Assembly (NCBI GenBank): GCA_015680685.1
Contig: MNCI01000001.1
Span: 254,524 to 318,523 of the forward strand
DNA from: Gnetum montanum
Lineage: Eukaryota > Plantae > Gnetophyta
Length of the DNA stretch: 64,000 nt
Direction: 5' to 3'
Shown here in pieces: positions 28,351-40,060 of this stretch; the stretch's first letter is position 1; each line of letters begins with the position of its first letter. A program made the translations under genes and the position numbers. A model generated the notes under the pieces. The model was not told the DNA's origin, searched no databases, and was given only the letters and a program-made list of their open reading frames with translations.

Positions 28351-29273
28351 TGATGAATCATGGTTTGTTAGGTGCTGTTATCGGACCCTTGTTAACTAGG
28401 TGATGATATTGAACCCCTGTTATCAGACCCTTGATATCTGATGAGTCCTGATATCAAACCCTTGATATTGTGGCCTAACAAGAAATATCACATACGTGAT
28501 ATCATAGTTCCCGTGTGAGCTTATAAATACACAATGGGGTGTGGGAAAGTCAATAGTCAGTTAGTATTAGAGTAGGATCTTTTCTTCAGTTTTTCCTCTC
28601 AACCCTTTTCCCCTAGTGCATGCTCGCAGTGTGATGATTGTATTTGTATGAAACCTTTATTTGAGTGTGACGTACTTGAACACGCACATGATCAGAAATA
28701 AAGATTGAGACTACTTCATCATTACAGCATTCACTTAGTTTAATTATTTAATTGTTATTGTTATTTATTTTTTTCATAGTTAATATCTCTTCATCCTAAA
28801 CTCCTTAAACATGGAATGAGTATGACTTAATCATGAGCATTCAATTATGACTACTTGGTATCCCAGTAACGTACCTAGGCCATGTGCTTGGTAATCCTAG
28901 TGGTAGTCATGCACGAGGTCTGAGATGTGTATAGATGATTAAGGAATGGATGCTCATCATACTTAGGCTAGGTTAGATTCTCTCCCCCACTTCCTATTAG
29001 CTTAACTCTCTCTCCTTTTCCTCCTAGCTTAATTAAAGTTATTTTCCATTTCCTCCAAGAGTAGCACTATGTTAGAAACTACATCATACACCTCACTCTA
29101 GACTAAACCATACATGACAAAGTAAATACTAGTCCAAGTGGGAAGACAACAAACTAAGATCAATGAGTAACTATCTAGATACCACAACTAGCTTGTCTAC
29201 AGTGTTCGACCAGATCATGTGTGAAATGCTCATATTCGTATGGTTGAGTGTAAGGGTACCTCGCCACTCATCA
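28351..29273 (+). repeat. 3' LTR of element A
   Basis: TGATGA...TCATCA; colinear with 21676-22649. Confidence 0.92.
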
Positions 29274-30289
29274 CCAATGGTGTTCTATAAGGCCAGCATA
29301 GGAGCTAATGGGTTTCCATTTTCTTCACGAAGCGAATGTTTGAATGATTGGGGTTTTTACTTTTCCAACTATTGATACCATAGTCACTATGATTCTCAGT
29401 AGTTTCTTCATGTATAGCATAGTTACCATATTTCCCAATGTGGTCATCATATTTTCCAATGGAGTTGCAACAAAGCCAACGTAGTACCAAAAGTTTGTTT
29501 ACTATTTTTACTATTTGGTGTGGTTTTGATGACCTTGGGTACATCAAAACTTATCATAAATGGAAACTATGCTAGATTTGAAAGCTTGCCATACCTACAC
29601 ATGATTTCAATTTATTAAAAATCATGGTAGAAATTTTGCAGCAACAAATTAAACACCAACAACCTATTTAAACAAGATTCCAACACTTTGAAAGGACTTT
29701 ATAGCAAATTGGCAATTGGCTAAGCATTGGAGACTCCCAGTGCAATTTCTAGTAAAAAAAAGTTAAGCATTTTTCCACAATATTTACAACCAATGTAGTA
29801 GATCTAAGCCAAAGAACTAGTGAGGAGTTTTAGAAGTTTGAGCAAGGAAACACCTTAATCGTGCAACCGATTGTAAAACATAACTTGCCAGTTTCACCAG
29901 ACTTCAAACACCATTCAAGTAACTCCTTGTGCATCTAGGCACACACTTGTACTTCTTGAAACTATACTCTTTTAATATTTTTATTATTCTAATAAAATAT
30001 TAGTAGTTCATTTGTTTATGTAAGTTTATTCCAAGTTTAATTTTTGTGCTTTTTCTTAGATTCGATCTGCATTTCTAGTTAAACTATTTACACTCATTTA
30101 CACTTCCTAAGTCCTTGGGTGATTGAAAAGATCATCTAGGGCTCTTTAGATCTCATTTTTGGAGGCCCTTGGGATCTAAAGTTAGGTTGTTTCACCTGGA
30201 ATTTTCAATTTTCTAGCAACCAAATTTTTCAAGCATTATAGTTTCTGTCTCTAGAAGGAGGACCTCCACCCAAATACGCACGCTAGAAA

Positions 30290-30510
30290 ACATTTTCCAA
30301 AACATTTTTTAAAAACCTTTTCCAACCATGTTCCAAAACATTTTCCAAAAACCTTTTCCAACCAATTTCCAAAACATATTTTAAAAATATTTTCCAATAA
30401 CCTTTTTCAACCATTTTTCAAAAAAATTTCCAAAACCTTTTCCAATAAGTTTTCAAAAACATTTTTCAAAAAACATTTTCCCAAATCCTTTTTAAACAAT
30501 TTCCAAAACC
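30290..30510 (+). repeat. TTTTCCAAAAAC-type low-complexity tandem array in F 5' UTR
   Basis: Directly visible ~12-13 bp repeats. Confidence 0.8.
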
Positions 30511-31607
30511 ATGTTTTTCACATTCCAAATTTCAAAACTTGCAAACATGCACCATTGAAAAGAAATGTTGGTATCTAATCCCCCACAACTAACACCTAGC
30601 ATAGTTTTTGTGAATAATTTGGATTTCTATATTATTTTCACATAGTTGCTGGAATTTCTATAACTAGGGTAGGCAGCACTTGAAACTCCAAAAGGCACAT
30701 TTGGAATATCCTAAGAATTCAATGCAACCCCTACTCAAACACCCAAATCCATCTACTATGAAATTTTATGGAAAACCCAACGTATTCATTCCAAAGACTC
30801 TAGTGTAGTCATTGGGAACACCAAAATTCACATCTAAATTCAAAAACTAGTGCACCTCCTTTGGTGGAAAAAACTCCTAGCTTGGTTTTTCCAAGTGAAA
30901 ACTAATTTTCCACCATCTATCTTATTGTAGTTGGCTAGATAATATAGTGGTCTAATACATACTCTCCAATGTAGACATTACTAGAAAAGCCAGTGTAGTT
31001 GGTGTTACCTACCTCAAATACTATCACATCATTTCCACTGCAACCTGCACTATACCTACAATTGCAGTTTCAATTATTTTTCTAGTTATAACCTCTTACA
31101 CCTTGGGTAATTCCATTTGTTGGAATTTTGGTTTAATTAATTAAGAAATTAAATCAAGCACCCCATCTTTCACCATTTTTGTTAAACGACCTAGCATAGT
31201 TGTGGTGGAAAAATTACATTTTCTTATCACCACACAAACCCTAGCATTGCTTTTCAAGATACCTAGTGTATCTTTTGAAAACTAACATTTTTCTTAGTTG
31301 CACAACAAAATCTACCATAGTTTCTATAAAATAAAATTACACCAACATCCCTTAAACAAGAAAATCAAAAATTTACTATTTTTATCACCAACATATTTTT
31401 GGAAAAATACCAACGTATCTTTTCAAAACCCCACATATTACAAATAACCAGATTTTCCATAGTTACCTTTCACAATAATTGTTGTACTTTCAAAGCCTAG
31501 CTTAGTTTTTCAAAGCCCAACTTAGTTTTTGCTAACTCATGTAGTTTGGTTAGTTCCAATTAATGTCTTTTCATAGATCAATCATACTACCACTAGACCT
31601 TGCATAC

Positions 31608-34600
31608 ATGGCCTCTATCTAAGACATAGCTCGTGTCTATGACCCAAAAGACCCTACAATCATAGAATGAAGATAATCACTTAGAGAAAAGGGAAAAACT
31701 CAAGTTTTTCAATCATTAATGAAGAGTTCTATAAGTCTCTCTATGCCAAGATATACGTCAGTCTCTTAATACCACACTCTAAATCTAACGCTAAGAATTA
31801 ATTCAAAATTATATATTGGGATGGGAACGAGTACATCCCATCTTCTTATGACCAAATCCTTGTTACCAAATTTTATGCATAAATTCTCAAACAAATCATA
31901 GAGGTTGATGAGTTTAGTGAGGAAATTAGATCTAAGGATCACCAAGAAGAGCATGATGAGCTTGAGGCCAAACTAGAGCTGAACACCTTCATCAAGAGTC
32001 TTTTCCAACATTTAGATCGCCAAACAACTTCCCCCAGTTTCACATCTCTTTCCTCATCAGTGGGAAAAGTCCCTCAACCTAAGTCCCCTCCTATCCATCC
32101 TACCATGTTTTGTAGTATTCCCATTATCACTACATAGCAATCTCATCTTATTTCCCAATTAGCCTCCTAGTTCTCATCGATGTCCTTTACCACACAACCT
32201 TAGTCCGTTTACCTAGCCCTGGTGATGTCTACTTTACCATATTCCTTTTTCATGCTAATTTGCCCCTCATTGAGGCCCAAATAAATACAAGCCTCTTATA
32301 CTCCCTTTACTTCCTTCATACCACAAGTCCCAACTCAAACCTCTTTCTCCTAATTTAACCCATCTATGATAAAGGTTGCATGACCTCTTCCCTCTATGCC
32401 AATGTTAATTGTACAACCTCAAGCCTTACAAATTCCTCCTCAAATGTCAACAAAAGCATCATAGATCACAAGAATGCCCCAAGGCTTGGATCAAGTCTTT
32501 AAATTGATCCAAGACCTTACTGAAGAGTTGAGAAAACTTAAGGCTAGTGCAACTTAGACAATCAAGGTTTTAAACATTTACCAAGAGGATCCTATAAGTC
32601 CTATGGTGCCTCAAATAAACTTACCTACCAACATGTCTATACCAAAATTTACCAAATACAATGTTGAAGGGGATCCCAACACATACCTAGTCACCTTCTA
32701 GTCTAAGTGCCTCCTTTTACAAGCTTGGCCTCATATGATACTATGAATATTTTCCATGTCCCTAAAGAGTAAGGCTCTAGTTTGGTACCAAACCTTTCCT
32801 AGAGGTTCCATCTCTTTTCTTGAAGACTTGATAAATCAATTTATTAGCCACTTCAGATACAACTTGAAGCTAGATGCCACATTAGATCAACTAATGAAGG
32901 TGAAGCAACGGCTACTTGAATTGGTCAAAAGATTCATTCAAAGGTGGAACTCAACACTTAATGAGATTCCATAGGCTATTGCTGAAACCCACCTCTTGGC
33001 CATGTACAAGGGAGTAATAAATAACTTTATCAAGTTAAAGCTTTACTACCTAGATCCCTGCTAAGTTAAGCTTTCTCATAAACTAACATCGAGAAGGTAG
33101 CTGAGGCAAATAACAATCTAGCTTATGTGGCCTATAGAAACCAACACACAAGGAGGGATAGCAATAAAACTAGACAAGAACACACAACCATTATTGTAGT
33201 AACAAAAGATTCAAAACAAGGGAAAATGAAAGGATTACTACCATGCAACACGTGTCAAGACTCATCACAACCATTCACTTCCTACACCCCAAATCAACCA
33301 AGTCAAAGCTTTGGATGGAAGGATAGGTCTAAGTGCATAAGGTTTCCTATGAAGCCCTCTAAGCTTTTAGAACAATTACTTAAATACAATTGTATACAAC
33401 ATAAGCAATTATCTAAAGAGGCTCATAAGAGGCATGACTGTGTTTGTGACATACCTAGAGACCCAACAATAGCTAACAAAGATGATCTGAAGCTACCAAA
33501 ATACTTCAAACTGGATATGTACTATCATTATTATCAAATGGATGGTCATGACATTGATTTTTGCCTAGCACTAAATGATGAGCTCCAAAAGATGATAGAC
33601 CATGGAGAGTTCATATTGAATGAGACCAACTCTCTAAGAGCCAACAAAAACTCTTACATTGTAGCCTCATTCATAGAAACTAAACAATATAATCCCCATA
33701 GAAAACTGTTTGTCATTCAAATGCCACCATGATCCTAAAACACAAATCCTAGAGATCCCTTTATCATACAAGTACCACCTCCTCTAGCCCCTTAGAATCC
33801 TTTCATCATACATATCGCATCTTTAGTGGCTTCAATGTCACAATGCAATCAACAAGTTGCTAATTCTTCAAAGCCTAAGAAATTATTTTTTATCTAGGTC
33901 CCTTCACCTTCAAAAAGTAAGCCTATAACAACCCATGACCAAAGCCCACCTATAGTGTCCCACAACTTAGAGGTTAGCAANACAAAGCCCACCTATAGTG
34001 TCCCACAACTTAGAGGTTAGCAAGAAACCATCATCACAAAAATGATGAAAATGACCTATCACCAAACCAACAACCAAGCCCACTAAAGGTAATCAAAGAT
34101 AAAGGCTTTCAAACAAGCTATACCAAAATCAACTATATCCATGGATAATGGACCCAAGGCACATAGATGAAAACCTAAGACATAAACTCTAGGAATAATG
34201 AAGGAATTTAAGACCACTAAGGCTAAAATATCACAAGCCAAGGTAAAGAATTTCCTCACAATGATGGAACAAGGTAAATGGTCACTTAAACAAAAGAACA
34301 TGTTGCCAAACTTGTATGACCTAGTCATGACTTCTCCTACATATAGGGATGGACTAGCTCAAATGTTTACCTCTATCCCTATGAGTGGATACATGCCCAC
34401 CATCAAAGAAGTAATCCACTTTGTCATTGAGCAAGATTTGTTTTAGAAAAATGGACATCAACCAATGCTCACCATTTGTGATAATGAGGTAAAGATTAAC
34501 TCTCAAAATGAAGAGATACTATCTGCTCCTCTTCTTATTACTATACGTGTTGGTAGGTACAAATTTTTTCATCTTCATGTGGATGATGGGGTGATAACTA

Positions 34601-35058
34601 ATGGAGTAACATTTTCCATTGTTGATAAACTAGGCTTAACTAAGAACATCCAAGAAGCCACTACCTTGGCATTTAAGTCATTTAATAGATCATGAGTAGA
34701 GGTGCAACGTTCCATCTCCTTGGATTTTTTAGATAGTGAGAAATTCCATACATTTGCTAACTTCCTAGTAGTTGAAGAGACACCTAATTTTAACTTGATC
34801 TTAGAAAGACCATGGTTAGCTAAGCTTCATGTAATCTCATCTCCTATACATCAAGATATTCACTTGCCCTATGAGGAAGTGGAAATTATCATTCATGGAG
34901 ATAACATGTCACTACCTTTGGTCAACTATGTCAACATCAACCAACGGTTGGAGGTGAAGTTTCAAGAGGAAAATCTTAACACTCAAACTGGAGCCAACAA
35001 TAATGAGAAAAACAACAATGTGAATAACACCAACCATGTAACATTGAATTGCCAATGA
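31608..35058 (+). pseudogene. Element F gag-protease (Ogre/Tat type), decayed
   Basis: ORFs 32756, 33127, 34198, 34465 and 34702: SLKSKALVWYQTFPRGSISFLEDL, YHYYQMDGHDIDFC, VDDGVITN, FNLILERPWL. Confidence 0.88.
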
Positions 35059-35837
35059 AAATTAATGTCACTTTCCATGCTAAGAAAGATAGATGGTGTG
35101 CACAAGACTGTGTCAAAAGGATTCCTTGATCTCTCAAAGATCAAACAACAAGTTTATGGTAAATGTATCATCCATTCTTTTATCAACCATTTCTTCACCT
35201 TTGTGACATTATATCATGTTTCATTATTGATTCTATCCTTGTATGCTCTTTTAAGAGCATCCCATATTTTCTAGGAAGTATACACCATAGCCTACTAAGG
35301 CCTAAAACTAGCAATATCATGGCCTGCTAAGGCCTAAAATTGGAAACATTATGGCCTTCCAAGGCCTAAAACTGGTGAAGCCATAATGACCTCTTATTCT
35401 TGCCCTTATACCAACATCATAGCCAATATACCTAATAGCACTGTCTACAAGTCTTACTCATATCCTACTCTATAATTACCATTACTACATTTTACTATTC
35501 ATTTTATAGCCTTATTACATCTACTATTCATGTTTATAAAATTAATGTATTACTAAAGTCACATTGTGTGATGATAAAACCATACACATATGTATGTCCA
35601 ACATTGTGGTTGCATTATGCAACATATGACAAAAAAATAATACATGGCTTTTGTGACCATTGTGGCCAAATAAAATAGATATAACAATGATGTAGATAAA
35701 ATGAATAAACATAACTAGATCATTAGTGATCAAGACTGATCCAAAAGAGGGAGAGGGAGACCATCATCAATGTTATCACCAACTCCATCATCATTTTAAC
35801 TCAAGGCCTACAAACAATAAAAGCAATAACCATTAGT

Positions 35838-36056
35838 GGTGTAAGAAAAGAAAATCCTATTAGAACCCAACACACAGAGCACAACTAAGAATTCCAAAAA
35901 TATGTAAATTACAATGATGGTTAGAGCACCTAATGGTGTAACAAGAATTGTTGGAGTAGAGGTGCAATCTACAAAATTTGCTATCTTTTTAATGACTATG
36001 GTTATCATGCCTGCCCACCAAAGTACCTCATATAAATACGAAAAACCTTCTTTCCC
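35838..36056 (-). pseudogene. NIPA: Captured intron-less fragment of a NIPA-family magnesium transporter
   Basis: [49 protein letters not shown], then (frame-shifted) LHIFGILSCALCV, matches the plant NIPA consensus [47 protein letters not shown]...LHIFGILGCALCVVGS. Confidence 0.9.
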
Positions 36057-36269
36057 TATATCTCCTTGGACAAGTGTGAATTTTGTACATTTCATCTAAA
36101 CATACAAATAGAAAATTTCAAATTAATTCTCATCATCTAGTAATTCAAATGCAACTAGGATAAACATCACTTTAAAAAACTGCAAAGCAAACATATGGTT
36201 GATGTGATCTTCCTACCTTGGGGCCATTTGCAACCAAGATAGGATTCTAATCAAAACTAGAAAACATAG

Positions 36270-37386
36270 TGTATCAATTCAAGGAGTATGAAAGAACCAT
36301 TTCTATTTCTACATCATTTATTAAGACACTTCACGAGTGAATGTCCCGACCTTCCATTTCAACTATTGTTTTTGATAATCCAATGTTAGTGAAACTTTTA
36401 CCATCCTATTTAGTGTATAAAGATACAAAGAAAATGCAAAAATTTGGAGTAAATGTAGCTATAGAAGTAGTCAATACTAAACCAAGAGGACTTTTAACCA
36501 CAAAAGATAACCTGATGCCAGTGATGCCACCAGCTCTTAACCCTCAATCAATAATTGTAGAAAAGATGATGATACTTAATTCAGAGTGCACAACTATTGA
36601 TACTCTTATTATTGATCCACTACATGTAATGCATGATGGAAAGTTCTTACATTTACCCATAGTAGACAAAGGTGGTTTTGTTGTGGCATGTATTGATGTA
36701 TTACAAACAACACATGTAGTAATAGCAACAACTGAGATTCATAGTTTTCTACAAGTATCCAACCATATGAAGCAAGTTGGAAATGCTAGAATTAGTAGTT
36801 TACATGAAGTGAATACTAAGAAGTAGAAATTTTTGGATTCAGTAGCGTTAGATCCAATAGTTGGCCATGATGATTCACATAGTAACACTTCAACAAGGTT
36901 GAATTCTGAGGTGTTAGAATCATGGAAAGATTCCCACACACTATCATGTGGAGGAAATATATTTGGGTTTAAATTGAAGGAGAGGAAAGGTCATATTCAT
37001 AGGTTTAGTTGCACCATGGATAGTTTGTAGGATCTCATAACAATAATCAAACAAAAGATATGGGAAGAAGTTGATCCTACTACGATGTCCCAACTTCTAC
37101 GTAAGGATGATGAAGGTTACCAAATGTTATTAATAACAGATGGTGACCTTCTTACAATTATGAATTATGCCAGAGTAGCTAGTTTAAATGCATTGAGACT
37201 TCATTTGGACTATTCAAATGCTTCTTTCATAGAAGAAAAAGAAATCAAGTCATTTGTAATTCCTCAACCAGTTGTCTCTAATGACTTGAGTCTAGTACAA
37301 ACAAAAAGATGACAAACCTCATATACTACTGTGGTAGTTGAAGCTACTTTGGAATTTTTTTCTTAAAAAAAGGATCTCCTATTTGA
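36270..37386 (+). pseudogene. CBSCBSPB: Processed (intron-less), 5'-truncated pseudogene of a CBS-CBS-PB1 protein (CBSCBSPB family)
   Basis: One frame across ORFs 36341, 36833 and 37085: SFIKTLHE*MSRPSIST, KPRGLLTTKD, LHVMHDGKFLHLPIVD, PB1 FGFKLKERKGHIHRF...DDEG..LLITDGDL...LRLHLDYS, plus a C-terminal TM remnant; degenerate A-tract at 37408-37427. Confidence 0.92.
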
Positions 37387-37494
37387 AAATTTCAATCACA
37401 CTGACTTAAAAATAAAAAATAAAAAAATGAGGAAGCAAATTTCCAAGAAGCCAAATAGCCAATAAAGACCAAAAGACAAACCAATGGCTCCAAA

Positions 37495-40060
37495 CATGCA
37501 AAGTATTGTAGGCTAGTAATATCCTACCATGAGGATCTAAATGATCATCCTTCTCCCAACATAATGGTCCTTACAATGAGCCTCATGTACATCTTAGAGG
37601 ACTCAAAGTTGATTTATGTTGGGAACACACCATTATGCTAGGTCATCTATGCAACTCTTGTAGAGGTTACCCTTGATCTCCATTTACTGTTTGACCTAAT
37701 GAAGAAACTATTGCTTCTTCTTTTTGTTCTAATCCTGTGGCATCTTTTGAGTGATTAGATAGGAGAGTATGTTGTCATACTAGTTTTTTTCCTTGGAAGT
37801 TTGAGAATTAATAGCATTAGAAAAGAGGAGTTCATTAGGAAATTGATTAGACAATGGTCTCTCACCCACTTTGTTGTTCCATCTCAACCAAGACAACTAG
37901 TCAGCCACCACATTCTTAGCTCCCTTCTAGTCAATAATTGTTTAGTCAAACTCCTAGAGGATCATTAGTCACCATATGACATTGGGTCTCACCTTTGGCT
38001 TGATCATCAGGAGCTAGATGGCACTATGGTTGGTGTGTATAAAAAATTTGTATCTAAGCACATAGTGCCTAAATTTCTTTAATGCATACACCACTAACAT
38101 AAGCTCCTTTTTAGTGGTAGTGTAGTTTAGTTGTGCATCCACAATGCTTATTCTTGCATAGTGGATGTAATACAAATATTTTTAATCATCCATATATGTA
38201 AGCACAACCCCTATGGAATAATTGGATGCATCCATGATGATGTTGAATGGCCTAAACTAGTCTGGTGCTCATAGAATTAGAGTTTCTATGAGCTTCTACT
38301 TCAACAATTGGAATGCATTTTCACATTCCTTCGTCTAGACAAGCAGTGCATATTTCTTTGTAAATTCTACCAATGGCTTGGTGATCTTTGATATGTTTTC
38401 AATGAAGCACCTATAATAAATATTGTGTCTAATGAATGACCTCATGTATTTCACTATTTTGGGTTTTTTGGTTATTTCTTGGATGATCCTTATTTTCTCC
38501 GAGTCCATATCAATCCCTTTTCTTTGAAATTTAATGCCCCAAGACAATGTTCTCTTGGACCATGAGGTGACTCTTTTTCCAATTGAACCTTAGCTTAATC
38601 TCCACACACCTTTTAAGCACCTGCTCAAGGTAGTCCAAAAATGTGGCCCCGTAGGTAGAGAAATCATCCATGGAGACTTCCATCTTGCTACCAATCTACT
38701 ATTGGAAGATGCTCAAGACCAAACATCGAAATGTAAAGGGAGCATTTTACAAACCAAAAGGCATCTTTCTATATGCAAAATTCTTTCAAGAACTTGTGAA
38801 TGTTGTCTTTGCCAAGTGTTCTAGTACAATCTGTATTTGGTTATAGCCATTATAACCATGCAAAAAGTTGTAGTAACAATGGCCTACAATGGTATCTATC
38901 TCTTGGTCCACAAATGGTAATGGAAAATGATCTTTGTAACAAACCATATTCAATAGCTAAAAGTCTATACAAACTCTCCACTTTCCTCCCTTCTTTTGCA
39001 CAATAACAAGTGGGCTAACCCACTCGCTATCCATAATGGAGTAAATGGACTAGCCTTGAGGAGTTTTATTGATCTCCTACTTGAGGATCTACTTGAGATT
39101 TGGGTTCAAGTGTCTTTGTAGTTTTCTCTTTGGTTTGATAGAGGAATTTGTATAAATTTTGTGCTAGCATATCCTTGGATCAATTCTTGTTAACTCATGA
39201 TATGACTAGGAAAATGTTGTTCGCCATTTGTTTCAACTTCTAATAATTACTTCTTTTGTACATGAGAAAGTATGACATTGATAATTATTGGCTCATCATT
39301 ATTTAACAACACATAGTCCATTTCCTCTGGTAGAGCCTTTAACTCAATAGGCTCTTGCTTGAAAGCTTCTAGGATCTCCAACTCTTCCCAATCAATTTTC
39401 CTTTATTCATCAAAGTGTTGGCAATGTATCTACTTCAACTTGTCCTTGTTATCAACATATGAACTTGTGAGGATCTCAATTGGTTCCATGCATATTACCA
39501 ATCTAGCCTCATTATCTATGGTTAGCCACTAGGTACCCTCTTTTTTAGTGGCTACTACATATAGGAACCTCTAAATTTCTATTGTCTCTACATACTGATT
39601 GCATGCTTGAAGGGATGTGCCCTTGATGGTACATAATCTTTGCATACAATGGCATCTTGTATCACTATATGTGATGAACAAAAATTTCTTCTTCTCAATA
39701 TTTTCAAATTAATTTTCCTTAAAAATATCCAAGGAAAGATCTTGAATACTCAACCTAGCATCAATGGTGCTTAGCCATGCTCTCCCCATGATAATAGGAA
39801 ACTCCCCTTTGCAATTCTCCACATGGAACATCAGGAAATCAACAGAATAGGACAATCCATAGACTATGGTTATAATATCTTCTACTAATCTCAAAGGAAT
39901 GATGATGGATTAGTCTACCATCTCCAATATGATGTTTCTCTTTTTTAATGAAGGTAGGTTCTAGGATTTGTATATTTCTTGTGAAATCAAGTTAACTCCA
40001 AAACCTGAACCCAAAAGAGCTTTACATGGTTCATTTCTAGTGATCTGCAAGTAAATAAGA
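37495..40060 (-). pseudogene. Element B pol: protease, RT, RNase H, integrase Zn finger (decayed)
   Basis: FPIIMGRAWLST (PR), EVSMDDFSTYG (RT), DASNYSIGVVL and NYTTTKKEL (RH), CVP..VHEAHCKDHY..GYY*PT (INT). Confidence 0.9.

Larger units (their letters stand above)
21676..29273 (+). mobile_element. Element A: Athila-like gag-only element with both LTRs, inserted in the F 5' LTR
   Basis: LTRs at 21676-~22649 and 28351-29273; perfect TSD CCAAT (21671-21675 and 29274-29278); PBS TGGTGCCATTACCAGGGAT (22651); PPT AGTCGTGGGGGTA (28338-28350). Confidence 0.93.
21355..37495 (+). mobile_element. Element F: Tat/Ogre-like gag-protease element, 3'-truncated, carrying host gene fragments; right boundary approximate
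   Basis: LTR start TGAAAGACCACCAAGAAA resembles the D and G LTR starts; LTR (21355-30240) is split by A; PBS TGTCTCTAGAAGGAGG at 30246; gag-PR paralogous to D; no 3' LTR found. Confidence 0.75.

Noticed and set aside
35838-37386. Functional Mg2+-homeostasis module (NIPA plus CBS-domain protein, as in CNNM/CorB)
   Set aside because: The CBS protein is CBSCBSPB type (PB1 domain), not CNNM; both pieces are truncated with stops or frameshifts. Adjacency is most likely chance.
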